This document shows positions 41,661 through 51,607 of a stretch of 64,000 bases of DNA, piece after piece. This DNA comes from Candidatus Berkelbacteria bacterium (GTDB lineage Bacteria; Patescibacteriota; UBA1384; JACPKC01). Under the pieces are notes generated by a model, which was not told the DNA's origin, searched no databases, and was given only the letters and a program-made list of their open reading frames with translations. Position 1 is the stretch's first letter. The number at the start of each line of letters is the position of its first letter. The DNA is taken from NCBI GenBank assembly GCA_016187225.1, contig JACPKC010000006.1:25051-89050 (forward strand), read 5' to 3'. A program made the position numbers and the translations under genes.

Positions 41661-42467
41661 TTACTGTAGGTATTGTACTATGTTTTCCTGATGTTCAGCA
41701 ATTGTTTTGGCAAAGTGCGCTTTGCCTTCTTTGTCGGTGATAAAATAAAGATAGTCATGCTCGGCTGGCTTAAGCGCCGCTTGAATCGAAGCTAAACCAG
41801 GATTGCTAATCGGCGCGGGCGGCAAACCCGCATTTAAATATGTATTGTAAGGTGACTGAATACTCAAATAATCAGCTCTTAATAACACCGGCCACCAATT
41901 AACTTCGAGGCAGTCGGCACCTGTCTCGTAGGTTTCTGCCACGCACTTTAGGTGCAATTCATTTGCTTTAGCATATTGAACGGTTGGGTCGGCATCGAGT
42001 TTCATGCCGAGTTTCAACCGGTTTGCATATACACCGGCAATTGCGGCGCGATCCTCGTCATGTTTCGCTTCCCGCTCGACAATTGAAGCGAGAATTAAGT
42101 CTTCAGAACCAACTGTGAAACCCGCTATTCGCTTTTTGTAATTTGCAAGCATTTTGAGGACGATCGCGTCAGCCGATCCGCTCTCGGCAAATCGATAAGT
42201 ATCAGGAAAAAGTTGACCGAATTGATCGGGCATTGAGAGGGCTGAATAAAATTCGCCTGGATTGGTGATCAATTTTTCACCTGTTAGGCGGGCGGCCATC
42301 TCTTCAATCCGCCAGCCTTCAGGGAATAACACTGTGATTTCGACTTGCTTTTGCACTTCGGCTGAAGGTTGAGTCTGAAATTGTTGCCATCCCCACCAAA
42401 GCAGTCCGCCGAAGGCAATAAAACCTAAACCGCTCATGATTATTAAAATTCGTTTGAGGGCTTTCAT
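41661..42467 (-). CDS. mltG: Endolytic murein transglycosylase MltG (YceG-like)
   Basis: An N-terminal TM helix plus the YceG domain. Confidence 0.8.
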   Translation of the reverse strand: MKALKRILIIMSGLGFIAFGGLLWWGWQQFQTQPSAEVQKQVEITVLFPEGWRIEEMAARLTGEKLITNPGEFYSALSMPDQFGQLFPDTYRFAESGSADAIVLKMLANYKKRIAGFTVGSEDLILASIVEREAKHDEDRAAIAGVYANRLKLGMKLDADPTVQYAKANELHLKCVAETYETGADCLEVNWWPVLLRADYLSIQSPYNTYLNAGLPPAPISNPGLASIQAALKPAEHDYLYFITDKEGKAHFAKTIAEHQENIVQYLQ

Positions 42468-42823
42468 GCTCGATTCAGATATTGCTCAAGAAGCAGACGA
42501 GCGGCGCGCGCGTCGCTGTCTCCACCCCCTTCGCGCGCCAGTTGTCGCTCCGCCTCTTTCGTGGTTAAAGTTTCATCTAATTCGACAGTCTGAAGTCCGG
42601 GATACTCTTTAGCCAAGTCGGCAATAATTTTTTGCGCCAAGGGCAGTCCGGAACGAGTGCGCCCGATGATAAGGGTTTGAATGTGATATTCCTCGATAAA
42701 ATGATCGAGTTGCATTGTTAGTTCAGTCTGGGCTAAAGTCGACAGTTCGAGGACAATTTTTCCGACGGGGTTAACGGCGACACCAATCCGCTTTGCACCC
42801 AAATCGAGAGCCAGAATACTCAT
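42464..42823 (-). CDS. ruvX: Putative pre-16S rRNA nuclease / Holliday junction resolvase-like YqgF (RuvX)
   Basis: A 119-aa protein beginning MSILALDLGAKRIGVAV. Confidence 0.85.
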   Translation of the reverse strand: MSILALDLGAKRIGVAVNPVGKIVLELSTLAQTELTMQLDHFIEEYHIQTLIIGRTRSGLPLAQKIIADLAKEYPGLQTVELDETLTTKEAERQLAREGGGDSDARAARLLLEQYLNRA

Positions 42824-44460
42824 TAGTTGTGTTCCCTTGCCCGCTCAAGTTTGATTTGAGTAACCGACCGTGGAATCGAGCCTCGAAAAGCCGGACGAAT
42901 CTGGACTCTTGCCTGTGTAATGCCCGGCTGATCTTTAAGAATTTGTTCGGCTTGGATGCTAGTCTTACCGGCGACCAGCTCTTTGAGCGCCGTTTCATCA
43001 ATTTTTTGGGCCACTTCAGTTTTCAGCGTGCCTTTAAGCGCGAGCAATCCCTGATCGTATTGTTTGGATTCAATCTCGGTTTCCATGGAGTCTTCTTGTG
43101 TTACTACCAACTCCTTATCGGGAGGCAATTTTTTGCCAATGAGCGCCAACACCATCCCCTGATACTCGGCAACCCGAAAACCGATACTGCGCGCCCGCAC
43201 CTTCGCCTCGAGTTCAAAATTATCTGCCTCGTCATTTGCGGCCTTGCTAGATTGCGCGCTGACAACGCTCACATCGATGGCATCTGCCAAGACAGTCATT
43301 TCTTTTGCCTCACGCTTCAACTGATCAGACAGGTTGTCTTTCGATTTTTCTCCGATCGAAGTGCGGGCGGCCTCGATATCCTGTTCGGTGACAACTTTCA
43401 CAGTTCGACTCTCGCCGCCTGTAAAAGCTTGAGTATTTTCCGCCGTCACTTTTTCTTGTTTTGTGCCGGAAAAACTTGTCAGTGTGAAACTGCCAGCGTC
43501 AAGATTGAATTGGCCTCCAACGACGCTCGCCTCAACTCTTGCCGTTGCCTTGCCAGGCTTGACCGTGACGTCGCCTGAAATATCGAGACTAACCGTTGCC
43601 GCCGAGACAGTCGCTTCGTCGAGGGTGGCAAACTGCAAACCATCTCGGGAGAGAGTGGCGCCGCTGGGCACCGTAACCGTTTCGCCCAAACGATTACTAA
43701 TTAAAACCGTGCCGGTTGCTTTTGCGCCGACCTCTTTATTTCCCGTTGTCTCAAACACTTCTTTAACCGTGGTTTCGACTTGAACTTTCTGGCCCGGAAT
43801 ATGACCTGTGTCACTCTGAATCGCGTCAATATTGTTATCAACGACTATGCTCGCGGTGTCGGTAAGCGGATCGCTTTGAACACCTAGGATAAGGATAGCG
43901 CGCGGATAGAAAACGAAGAACCAAATGCCGGCGAGAGTCACAGCCAGCAACAAACTTGCACCCACCAATTTCTGCATCCATCCTGAACGCTGACTCGGCG
44001 CAATTGATGATGGCTTCGAGCCAAGCGGGGTCGGTTTGGGATGAGCAGGTGCGGGGGTTTTAATATTGGACGTCGACGCATCGTAACGCTTCACCGGCAC
44101 CGGCGCTGGTCCGACCACCTCATCTTCGGTTTGCGGCCGATCATCAAGATCGATCACGTCGTCAACTGCTGGCTTTGGCATACGCGGCGCACTAATAGGC
44201 TGATCGTCGCCGACCGAGGCATAAACTGGAATACCCACCTGTAGGGCAAGACCCGTGCCATGTTTGTCGTGTGTGACAATTGAAATTGACTTTTTAAGCC
44301 GCTCCGCCTCGCGCTTTAAGAGTTTAAGGTTGACGATACTGCTAATTAGCTGGGCGCGTTTAGGTAAAACTAACGCTATCTGCTTGCCAGGCAAATTTTT
44401 GAGCTTATCTACAACCGAAGTAATCTCTTCATCAGCTTCAAGATAAAGAATATCGTCCAT
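42823..44460 (-). CDS. Hypothetical bitopic membrane protein, translationally coupled to ftsA
   Basis: A cytoplasmic N-terminal domain (about 110 aa), then a Pro-rich linker, one TM helix and a roughly 350-aa extracytoplasmic domain. Its start overlaps the ftsA stop. Confidence 0.5.
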   Translation of the reverse strand: MDDILYLEADEEITSVVDKLKNLPGKQIALVLPKRAQLISSIVNLKLLKREAERLKKSISIVTHDKHGTGLALQVGIPVYASVGDDQPISAPRMPKPAVDDVIDLDDRPQTEDEVVGPAPVPVKRYDASTSNIKTPAPAHPKPTPLGSKPSSIAPSQRSGWMQKLVGASLLLAVTLAGIWFFVFYPRAILILGVQSDPLTDTASIVVDNNIDAIQSDTGHIPGQKVQVETTVKEVFETTGNKEVGAKATGTVLISNRLGETVTVPSGATLSRDGLQFATLDEATVSAATVSLDISGDVTVKPGKATARVEASVVGGQFNLDAGSFTLTSFSGTKQEKVTAENTQAFTGGESRTVKVVTEQDIEAARTSIGEKSKDNLSDQLKREAKEMTVLADAIDVSVVSAQSSKAANDEADNFELEAKVRARSIGFRVAEYQGMVLALIGKKLPPDKELVVTQEDSMETEIESKQYDQGLLALKGTLKTEVAQKIDETALKELVAGKTSIQAEQILKDQPGITQARVQIRPAFRGSIPRSVTQIKLERAREHN

Positions 44461-44461
44461 A

Positions 44462-45718
44462 TTAGACTCTCAATGATCCTACCACGCGCTGAACTACACG
44501 GTCACCCACAGTCGATCGACCAACCAGCTCAATGGCCAAATTGGCCAGCGCCATTGGGGTAATATCCTGAACAGTTTTGAGCTCACCGGTAATATCCTGC
44601 ACAGTTGAGATCTCACTCGGTTTTAAAAAATGAATCAAAGGTTTACGCGCAAAGGGCAAGTGTTTGCCCCAAGTCGCTTCCTTGAGCGCCTCGCTAATTT
44701 CCGGCAGGTTACTGCCGCCACCACAAAGGAGTATTCTTGAAGGGAGCAAATCAACATTTGTAAACTCACTTAAAGTGAGCTCTATCCCCGAAAGCCAAAC
44801 GTCGACATCGGTCGCGAGCGCTTCCTTGGTTGCTGTCTCGTCTTTTTTATCGAGTTTGCCAGCGGTGTAATCCAGCTTACGCGCTTCGGCCTCGGCAAAA
44901 GTTGTGCCAAAAGTGTTCATGATTCGCTTTGTGAAAGCCCGGCCGCCAAGCGCGAACATCTTAGTCCCAATTAAGCCGCCGTTATTAACCACCGCTAGAT
45001 CAGTTGTGCCGCCACCGACATCGATAAAAATTGCCGAGAATTCGCTCGATTCTTCAGGTCCGGTAATGCGAGCAACGGCGTAAGGCTCTGCCGCAACCGA
45101 GAGAAGATCGAGACTCAACTCCTCGGCAATCGTTTGAAGCGCGCCCAAGTGAACAATTGGCGCAAAGGCAGAATAGATGCCAACCTGCACCTCGCGGCCT
45201 TGAAAACCGAGTGGATTCGTTACTTTATAGCCATCGATTCGGACATCAACAATGGCGGCGTTGACAAGTCGAACATCAATTTCAGCCTGACCAGTTTCCC
45301 AGGCTAAAAGCGCCTTAGCGCGATCGTGAGCGCGATTTTGGACACGACCGAGAATTTCCTGCAACTCCTCGCCGGTGATCTTAGCCAAGGGTTCGGGACG
45401 AACGTATTTAATAGTTGTCGTAGTGCCCTTGACGAGCTCGCCAGCAATGCCCACAATCGTTTGATCGGGCAAGTAGTTTGCTTGTTCTGCCGCCCGTTCC
45501 AGCGCGGCCTCGCAATTTTCAATCACACCATGAATATCGGTGACGGTGCCGCCCTGCATATCCGCCAAACGCTGACGTTGCTTACCAACACCGACAACTT
45601 TAGCCGATAAACCATCGACTTCAAAAATCAAGGCTTTGACAAATTCAGTGCCGATATCAAGCGCGATCGCTCGTTTATCATGAGCCGGCGCACGTTTTGC
45701 CCAACTAAAAAGTCTCAT
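44462..45718 (-). CDS. ftsA: Cell division protein FtsA
   Basis: An actin/Hsp70-fold ATPase with the FtsA-specific 1C insert pattern in a 418-aa protein. Confidence 0.85.
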   Translation of the reverse strand: MRLFSWAKRAPAHDKRAIALDIGTEFVKALIFEVDGLSAKVVGVGKQRQRLADMQGGTVTDIHGVIENCEAALERAAEQANYLPDQTIVGIAGELVKGTTTTIKYVRPEPLAKITGEELQEILGRVQNRAHDRAKALLAWETGQAEIDVRLVNAAIVDVRIDGYKVTNPLGFQGREVQVGIYSAFAPIVHLGALQTIAEELSLDLLSVAAEPYAVARITGPEESSEFSAIFIDVGGGTTDLAVVNNGGLIGTKMFALGGRAFTKRIMNTFGTTFAEAEARKLDYTAGKLDKKDETATKEALATDVDVWLSGIELTLSEFTNVDLLPSRILLCGGGSNLPEISEALKEATWGKHLPFARKPLIHFLKPSEISTVQDITGELKTVQDITPMALANLAIELVGRSTVGDRVVQRVVGSLRV

Positions 45719-45762
45719 CTCCCTCCGTTATAATAGGCGCGTTAACCTAAGTATAGCATTTC

Positions 45763-47577
45763 TCACTCAACACTCGCCTTAATTCGACGGACGCCAGCCG
45801 AAGCCGACTGTTCTTTCAGAATCTTGAATTGACCAATCTGACCAGTCTGCGCAACGTGCGGGCCGCCGCAGAATTCTTTTGAAATCGCTTCCCCAAGAGT
45901 TCGACCGATGAAATAGACTTTTACTTGATCTGGATACCGATGGGTAAAAAAGTGAAGCGCGCCGCTTTTTTTTGCCTCATCCAAAGGCAGTTCAACGACT
46001 TGCACTGGAAGGTCTTGAGCGATCACGCCATTTACCCAAGATTCTATATTCCGAATTTGTTCGGGGCTTAATTTTTCCGCATGCGTGAAATCGAAACGCA
46101 GACGTTCCGGGTTGATATCCGAACCTTTTTGCTGAACGTGAGCGCCAAGGACATGCCTAAGCGCCGCTTGTGTAAGGTGAGTTGCGGTATGCAGACGCAA
46201 GACTCGATTTAATTCTTCTTTATTGCCGGCGCGCAGTTCGCCGGTATCCAAAATCAAACCGTGGCCGCCAAACTTTTTCTCAAAGCCGGCGCTCGAAACT
46301 TGTCGATGCGCAGTTAGTAAGTTATCAAAGGCTTGATTGAAAGCTACTCGATTCGGTGTCAATCCGTTCGCAACCAAAATTTCATAACCAAGTTCGGGCG
46401 GCAGAGCATGACTTTGATAAGCTAAAAATGCCAATTTAGCCGCTCCTTCCGATCCGAGTGGAGTCTGCTTGGGTGCTTCTTTTTCCAAAAAGCGCGTCGC
46501 CCGTTCAAGCTGAACACTAAAGTGTTGCTGTTCAGCTAAAATCACATCTTGAATCGACACGCGCGTGAGATGCGGGTAAGAGTCGGCGTAAGTTGAGATG
46601 ACTGCTTCAATTAAGAGTGGCCAATCTGTAAATTCCAACTGACGCGCCGCTTGCACAGCTCGACGAATCAGGCGTCGCAACACGTAACCTCGATCTTTGT
46701 TACTCGGCAAAACACCATCCGCCACCAAGAAAACCGCCGCCCGCATATGATCGGCAAGAACGCGAACGGTTCGATTATCTGATGCGCCTTGAAGAGTTGA
46801 AATTGCCGCTATCGTTGGTTGATAGAGATCGGTCTCGTAGATACTTTCCAACCCATTCACTGTCATTAAAACTCGCTCTAAACCGACACCGGTATCAATA
46901 TTTTTCTGCTTGAGCGGTTCAAAACGATTTTCAGCGACTTTGTTGTATTCCATAAAAACGTTGTTCCAAATTTCCACCCAGTGATCATCGGTTGCCGAGC
47001 CGGGCTGACATTCAACGCCGCACTGCTCCGAATAAATGTGCACAAAAATTTCAGTGGTTGGACCACATGGACCAGTGACATGAACCGGCCCCCACCAATT
47101 GTCTTCTTTCAAGGACACGATGCGAGTGACGCCTAACTTCTGCCAGATCCTTTGCGCATCTTGATCGAGTCCAATCCTTTTAGCTGAATCACCCGCAAAA
47201 ATCGTTGCGGCCAAACGCTCGACTGGGAAACCAAGCGCGCTGGTGACAAATTCAAAACTCCACTCGATAGCTTCCCGTTTGCCGTAATCACCGAGCGACC
47301 AATGTCCAAGCATCTCAAAAAATGTGGCGTGCGTTGCGTCGCCAACCTGCTCAATATCCGTTGTCCGCAAACTGCGTTGGATATTAACAAGTCGAGTGCC
47401 ATCCGGATGTTTTTCGCCCAATAAATAAGGGATAAGCGGATGCATTCCGGCAGTTGTGAAAAGCACAGAAGCGTCTTGAAGCGGCACTAGCGAGGCCTGG
47501 GGAATTTCGCTATGCCCATGAGCGCGATAGAAATCAATAAATTTTCTTCGCAATTCCTGATGAGTCATAGGGCTCAT
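45763..47577 (-). CDS. alaS: Alanyl-tRNA synthetase, short form lacking the C-Ala domain
   Basis: The class II AlaRS catalytic core and the editing domain HxxxH motif (HTATHL) in only 604 aa. Confidence 0.9.
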   Translation of the reverse strand: MSPMTHQELRRKFIDFYRAHGHSEIPQASLVPLQDASVLFTTAGMHPLIPYLLGEKHPDGTRLVNIQRSLRTTDIEQVGDATHATFFEMLGHWSLGDYGKREAIEWSFEFVTSALGFPVERLAATIFAGDSAKRIGLDQDAQRIWQKLGVTRIVSLKEDNWWGPVHVTGPCGPTTEIFVHIYSEQCGVECQPGSATDDHWVEIWNNVFMEYNKVAENRFEPLKQKNIDTGVGLERVLMTVNGLESIYETDLYQPTIAAISTLQGASDNRTVRVLADHMRAAVFLVADGVLPSNKDRGYVLRRLIRRAVQAARQLEFTDWPLLIEAVISTYADSYPHLTRVSIQDVILAEQQHFSVQLERATRFLEKEAPKQTPLGSEGAAKLAFLAYQSHALPPELGYEILVANGLTPNRVAFNQAFDNLLTAHRQVSSAGFEKKFGGHGLILDTGELRAGNKEELNRVLRLHTATHLTQAALRHVLGAHVQQKGSDINPERLRFDFTHAEKLSPEQIRNIESWVNGVIAQDLPVQVVELPLDEAKKSGALHFFTHRYPDQVKVYFIGRTLGEAISKEFCGGPHVAQTGQIGQFKILKEQSASAGVRRIKASVE

Positions 47578-48254
47578 TTACTCAATTTATTCGCGATTGC
47601 ACCCTGAACGGCGCGCAAGAGTCGATTAGCAAGCGGCTCGGCTATCGATTCCTGAACTAAAAATTCATTCAGCGCCCGCGCGCCGCTCAATCTCGCTGGA
47701 TAAAGTTCTTCGTATTTGGCTTTGGCATCGAGCACTTTCTTGACATAACCCAAACTCTCCAGGGGGATTGCTGTGCGATCGCCGCGAGCGTATCGATCCC
47801 CAGCTCCGCCACCACCATTATAAGCAACGATCGCTGGTTCGATCGCATTATACCGACCCATCAAACCCTGTAAATGATAGGCGCCAAATTTAATATTCAC
47901 TTCTGGATTATAGAGTTGATCGACTGTGAAATTCACAGTCCCCAAACGACGAGCGATACCCTGCGCTGTCAGTGGCATGAGTTGCATGAGGCCACGCGCT
48001 CCAACCGGCGAGATTGCATCAGGACGAAAACGACTCTCCGAGTAAATCACCGCAGCGACCAAGTAAGGATCAAGATCATGATCCTCGGCTTCCTGAAGGA
48101 TAATCGACTCATAAGCCAATGGATAGCGCAACTCGGCAAAGATTTGTGTGAATAGCCAAAGAGTGAGCGCAACTAAACCGAGGAGACCTAAAATTACCGC
48201 CCAACGGAATAAATCACGCTTAGGCGTTCTGGCTGAAACTGCGACTTGAATCAT
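47574..48254 (-). CDS. Lytic transglycosylase (SLT domain), membrane anchored
   Basis: The SLT catalytic motif ESRFRPDAISPVGARGLMQLMP. Confidence 0.8.
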   Translation of the reverse strand: MIQVAVSARTPKRDLFRWAVILGLLGLVALTLWLFTQIFAELRYPLAYESIILQEAEDHDLDPYLVAAVIYSESRFRPDAISPVGARGLMQLMPLTAQGIARRLGTVNFTVDQLYNPEVNIKFGAYHLQGLMGRYNAIEPAIVAYNGGGGAGDRYARGDRTAIPLESLGYVKKVLDAKAKYEELYPARLSGARALNEFLVQESIAEPLANRLLRAVQGAIANKLSK

Positions 48255-48421
48255 GAATTCATACTATAAAAAAACTCTTCTTTGAGACAGAGGAATGATT
48301 AAAGCCCAGCGATGACATCTCAAGGGAAAAGTGAGAAAGTCCTAAACATTAAATCTTTTGTCAATAAAAGTCGGGTTCTGGATTGCCCAAAACCCGGCTT
48401 TGAATGGTGCTTTGACCCTGG

Positions 48422-49105
48422 CTACATTGTCGCCAATACTCTGGCGATCGGCTCAAGCGAGCCGAGTAGAATATCCGGCTCCGCCGCCTTGAGTCTCTCT
48501 ATCGAGCACACCCCGCCACCAACGGCTATCGAAGTCGCCCCAAGCGCTTGCGCAATTTCAATCTCTTCAAGCGAGTCGCCGATAATCACGACCTGGTGTG
48601 GCTGATAGCGTGAATATTGGGCGAGCAATTCCCGAAGACGATCCAGCTTGGTGGCCGCTACGACAACATCAAGCTGACCACAATTAGCACTCAGTTCTCT
48701 AAAAAAGTGACTCACTTGTAGGCGGTCGAGCTGTCGCTCGATGCTCCCCACAGTGTTGTTGGAAAGAATCCAGTTTTGACGTCGCCGACGGCGTTGGACG
48801 CACAGAATGATCCGCACGCCTCGACGCAAAGCAATATTGGACGAAAGTCTCTCATAAGCCTCGTACCAATGCCCGACCTCGGTGATCAAACGACCCGGGT
48901 CGCAACCGCGGCCGAGATAAAACTCTCGGACCGGCAGACCGAACTCGGCTTGCAGCTCCGTCAAACTAACCTCGCGACCACCGAGAAGACGAATAAAACT
49001 ATTCGTCGCCGCTAGGTGGGCCCTGGAATCGGCCACAACGGTGCCGTTCCAGTCCCACACAATCAACTGAACACGACGTAACAACTTCAATAGTTTCTCA
49101 CTCAC
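48422..49105 (-). CDS. HAD-superfamily hydrolase (phosphoglycolate phosphatase-like)
   Basis: A DxDxT-type motif I (VWDWNGTV) and a C-terminal GDSLEEIEIA motif. Confidence 0.7.
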   Translation of the reverse strand: MSEKLLKLLRRVQLIVWDWNGTVVADSRAHLAATNSFIRLLGGREVSLTELQAEFGLPVREFYLGRGCDPGRLITEVGHWYEAYERLSSNIALRRGVRIILCVQRRRRRQNWILSNNTVGSIERQLDRLQVSHFFRELSANCGQLDVVVAATKLDRLRELLAQYSRYQPHQVVIIGDSLEEIEIAQALGATSIAVGGGVCSIERLKAAEPDILLGSLEPIARVLATM

Positions 49106-49175
49106 CCAGATTATTCCTTTCTCTTAAGGTAACAAACGATTATATCTATATCCGAGAATCCAACCTTGATCAATC

Positions 49176-49259
49176 TGGTGCCGAGGGTGGGATTCGAACC
49201 CACAAGCCTTGCGGCGCAGGATTTTAAGTCCTGTGCGTATACCGTTCCGCCACCCCGGC
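49176..49259 (-). tRNA. tRNA-Leu (anticodon TAA), type II with long variable arm, CCA encoded
   Basis: Manual fold. The acceptor is GCCGGGG/CCUCGGC and the anticodon loop is CUUAAAA. There is a 13-nt variable arm, and the T-arm is GUGGG-UUCGAAU-CCCAC. Confidence 0.85.
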
Positions 49260-49289
49260 CAAGTTGGCCAAAGTTTAACAAAAAATTTC

Positions 49290-50306
49290 CTAGGCCGCCA
49301 CAGGAGTAGGTTGGCCAAGACGCAAAGGAAGAGTCAACAATGACGGCGCAACATGCACGATTTGCCAGCCCAAAGAAGAACGTAAAAACTTGCCCGAGAA
49401 CGAAAAGCCAGCCGCCTTGCGAATTCCACCACCACCAAACAAATTTGCGAGAGCGGCAACGTTAACGGCATCATCTTCGGTCCGCACCGAGGCTTTAATT
49501 CGGCCATTGGGCAGTTCGCACAAAAGAATCGTTGCCCGCGCTTCAGGCACGCAGTTAATCAGATTCACGCAACCGGCCAGGTCTTCGTGATAAGCATTGC
49601 AAGTCGCTAGATCTTCTTCAGTGATAATTGAAGTGACAATTTTAAGACTTGGATGATACTTAATTCGTGAGAGCGCCACCCCCCAAAGCCGCAAAGCCGG
49701 CACGGACTTAAAGCTCGCAACGTTCGCGTTGATTAGATCCAAACGCGCGCCGCGCGCCATGAGTTCTGCGGCCTGACTTAACACAATTGGCGAGGTATTA
49801 GAATGCTTGAACCCGCCGGTATCGTTGTAAAGCCCGGTGAGCAGACAAGTGGCGATGTCGGCATCCAAATTAATATCAAGCGCTTTAATTAGCGGAAAAA
49901 TCAATTCGGCGGCGGATGAAGCGTTGCTGTCGACGTAATTGAGCGAGGCTAATTTATGCAAGTCGTTGCGTTGGTGATGATCGATGTTGATGATTCTTTG
50001 ACGAAAACGGGTAAACTCGCGAATCCGATGCGCGAGGCCGGTGCGTTTAAGATCGCCGCAATCGATAATCACGATTCGATCGTAACTTCCAAGTAAGCAA
50101 TCGCGTTGAATGAGATTCACACCGGGCAAAAAACGAAAAGGATGCGGGATCTCATCCACACAAGTAAGGGTCACGTTTTTACCCAGACGTCGCAGAGTAT
50201 GACCAAGCGCTAGAAGACTGCCTGCGGCATCGCCATCGGCTTGCTCGTGGGTGATCAACAACAAGCGTTCAGCCGCACGAAGAGTGTTGGAAACTAGAGA
50301 GATCAT
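49290..50306 (-). CDS. DHH-family phosphoesterase (NrnA-like)
   Basis: DHH motifs (HEQADGDA..., IDHHQ) with a DHHA1-like C-terminus. Confidence 0.75.
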   Translation of the reverse strand: MISLVSNTLRAAERLLLITHEQADGDAAGSLLALGHTLRRLGKNVTLTCVDEIPHPFRFLPGVNLIQRDCLLGSYDRIVIIDCGDLKRTGLAHRIREFTRFRQRIINIDHHQRNDLHKLASLNYVDSNASSAAELIFPLIKALDINLDADIATCLLTGLYNDTGGFKHSNTSPIVLSQAAELMARGARLDLINANVASFKSVPALRLWGVALSRIKYHPSLKIVTSIITEEDLATCNAYHEDLAGCVNLINCVPEARATILLCELPNGRIKASVRTEDDAVNVAALANLFGGGGIRKAAGFSFSGKFLRSSLGWQIVHVAPSLLTLPLRLGQPTPVAA

Positions 50307-50387
50307 AGGATGGATTATGCAGTTATATTTTGCCAGCGCGTGGGACGGAGCGACGGAGCGATTATGAGGGTGTGGCTCACAATGAGT

Positions 50388-50866
50388 TTATGTATGTTTA
50401 AGAAGATAAATTTTGCGTTCACCCTCCGGCAAATCGCTTTTCGTCATCTTAATGTTTTCAACAGTTTCGGGCGTCTGCCCTCCGATGCGCGCGAAAGTTT
50501 CGCCTTTTTGCACGCCAACGAGAATAACAATGCGCGGCTCAATTTCGCCAATCAATTTAGCAATGGTCTGCAATTCGTCAGCTGATTCATTATCGGCGTG
50601 GACAAAGAGCAGGTCGACGTCTTCAAGACGAGCGAGTTCAGTTTCAGTGACCTGGCGTTTTTTCTGCCCCGCAACCGCGATTACCAAGGTTTCGATATGC
50701 AAATGGGCGAGATCGGGTGTAACCTCTGCAAAAACACCGGCTTTTTCATATTCACCCGGGCCATCGAGTACCAAATCGTTGATTTTGAGTTGGCCATCGA
50801 GTTCGATCGTGGCGGTTTTCGTTTTGAGGCGGCATTTTGAATCACCAGTGACACTGATCTGCATAG
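50388..50866 (-). CDS. Hypothetical protein (about 158 aa)
   Basis: The start was chosen at the ATG with RBS AAAGGA (MQISVTGDSK...). Weak resemblance to small metal-dependent hydrolase-like proteins, not confirmed. Confidence 0.35.
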
Positions 50867-50935
50867 CTATCCTTTCATGGAATATTTCAAAATATCGCAT
50901 TGTTGGCGCAAGGTAAAGAGTTAGGTGGTGAAAAT

Positions 50936-50978
50936 AAAAAGGCCCGGGCATTCAAACGATGCTCACGGGCCTTTTTTC
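50936..50978. terminator. Bidirectional rho-independent terminator at the core/high-GC-island junction
   Basis: The sequence aaaaaggcccgg...ccgggccttttttc has a GC stem with A-runs and T-runs on both sides. Confidence 0.65.
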
Positions 50979-51330
50979 ACCGACGCGGTTGAACGAGGTC
51001 GAAGACCCCGTTGCCGGGGTCCTCGGCGCCTCCCCACTCTTCATCGGGCGGCCATTCACGGCCGACCCAACGAAGAATTGGAGGCGCAAAGATTAGAATC
51101 ATAAGCAGTAAAAAACTGCTTATGATCTGTTCCAGCGTCAATCGCGTCACCTCCTTCGCTGGGTTCGATTTTGATCTTCGAAAAGATCAAGCCCAGCGAG
51201 CAGGTTCCCTCTAACCCACTCCGGATTCAGGAGAGGGCGGTACTTCTAATCAAAGAAACACTGCCCCAATCCGGAGTGGATGAGAGGGGAGGAGCTTGGG
51301 AGCTCCTCATTGACTTGCATTGGTCTATCT

Positions 51331-51454
51331 ACAATAATAGATACACCAATGCAGACACCCCGACCACCAGCAATATAATTGCGATAGCCAGGGCAAAGAT
51401 GAGAGTGCGAAATGACAATTGCTCGTCATACTCGACCCTCTTTTTCTTTTCCAT
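51331..51454 (-). CDS. 41-aa hydrophobic micropeptide (MEKKKRVEYDEQLSFRTLIFALAIAIILLVVGVSALVYLLL)
   Basis: Preceded by the conserved repeated leader ...ATCGCGAGAGGAGGTGAAAA-ATG with a perfect SD. The gene is below the track cutoff. Confidence 0.4.
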
Positions 51455-51607
51455 TTTTCACCTCCTCTCGCGATGATTAATTACGCGACGGGATTTCCTC
51501 GGGAGTGGCATCAGACTCTCCCGAGGTGAAGGAGTCGCATTAATAACCGTGAGAGAAGCCCGACCCCGTTCGACTCGCTCTGCGAGTTCGCTCGGGGTCG
51601 GAAAAAA

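Noticed and set aside
50413-50916. 167-aa plus-strand ORF
   Set aside because: It is antisense to the better-supported minus-strand gene 50388..50866 and is Ser/Arg-rich with no RBS.
51011-51214. 67-aa plus-strand ORF at the island edge
   Set aside because: It lies in the inverted-repeat-dense non-coding stretch, has no RBS and has biased composition.
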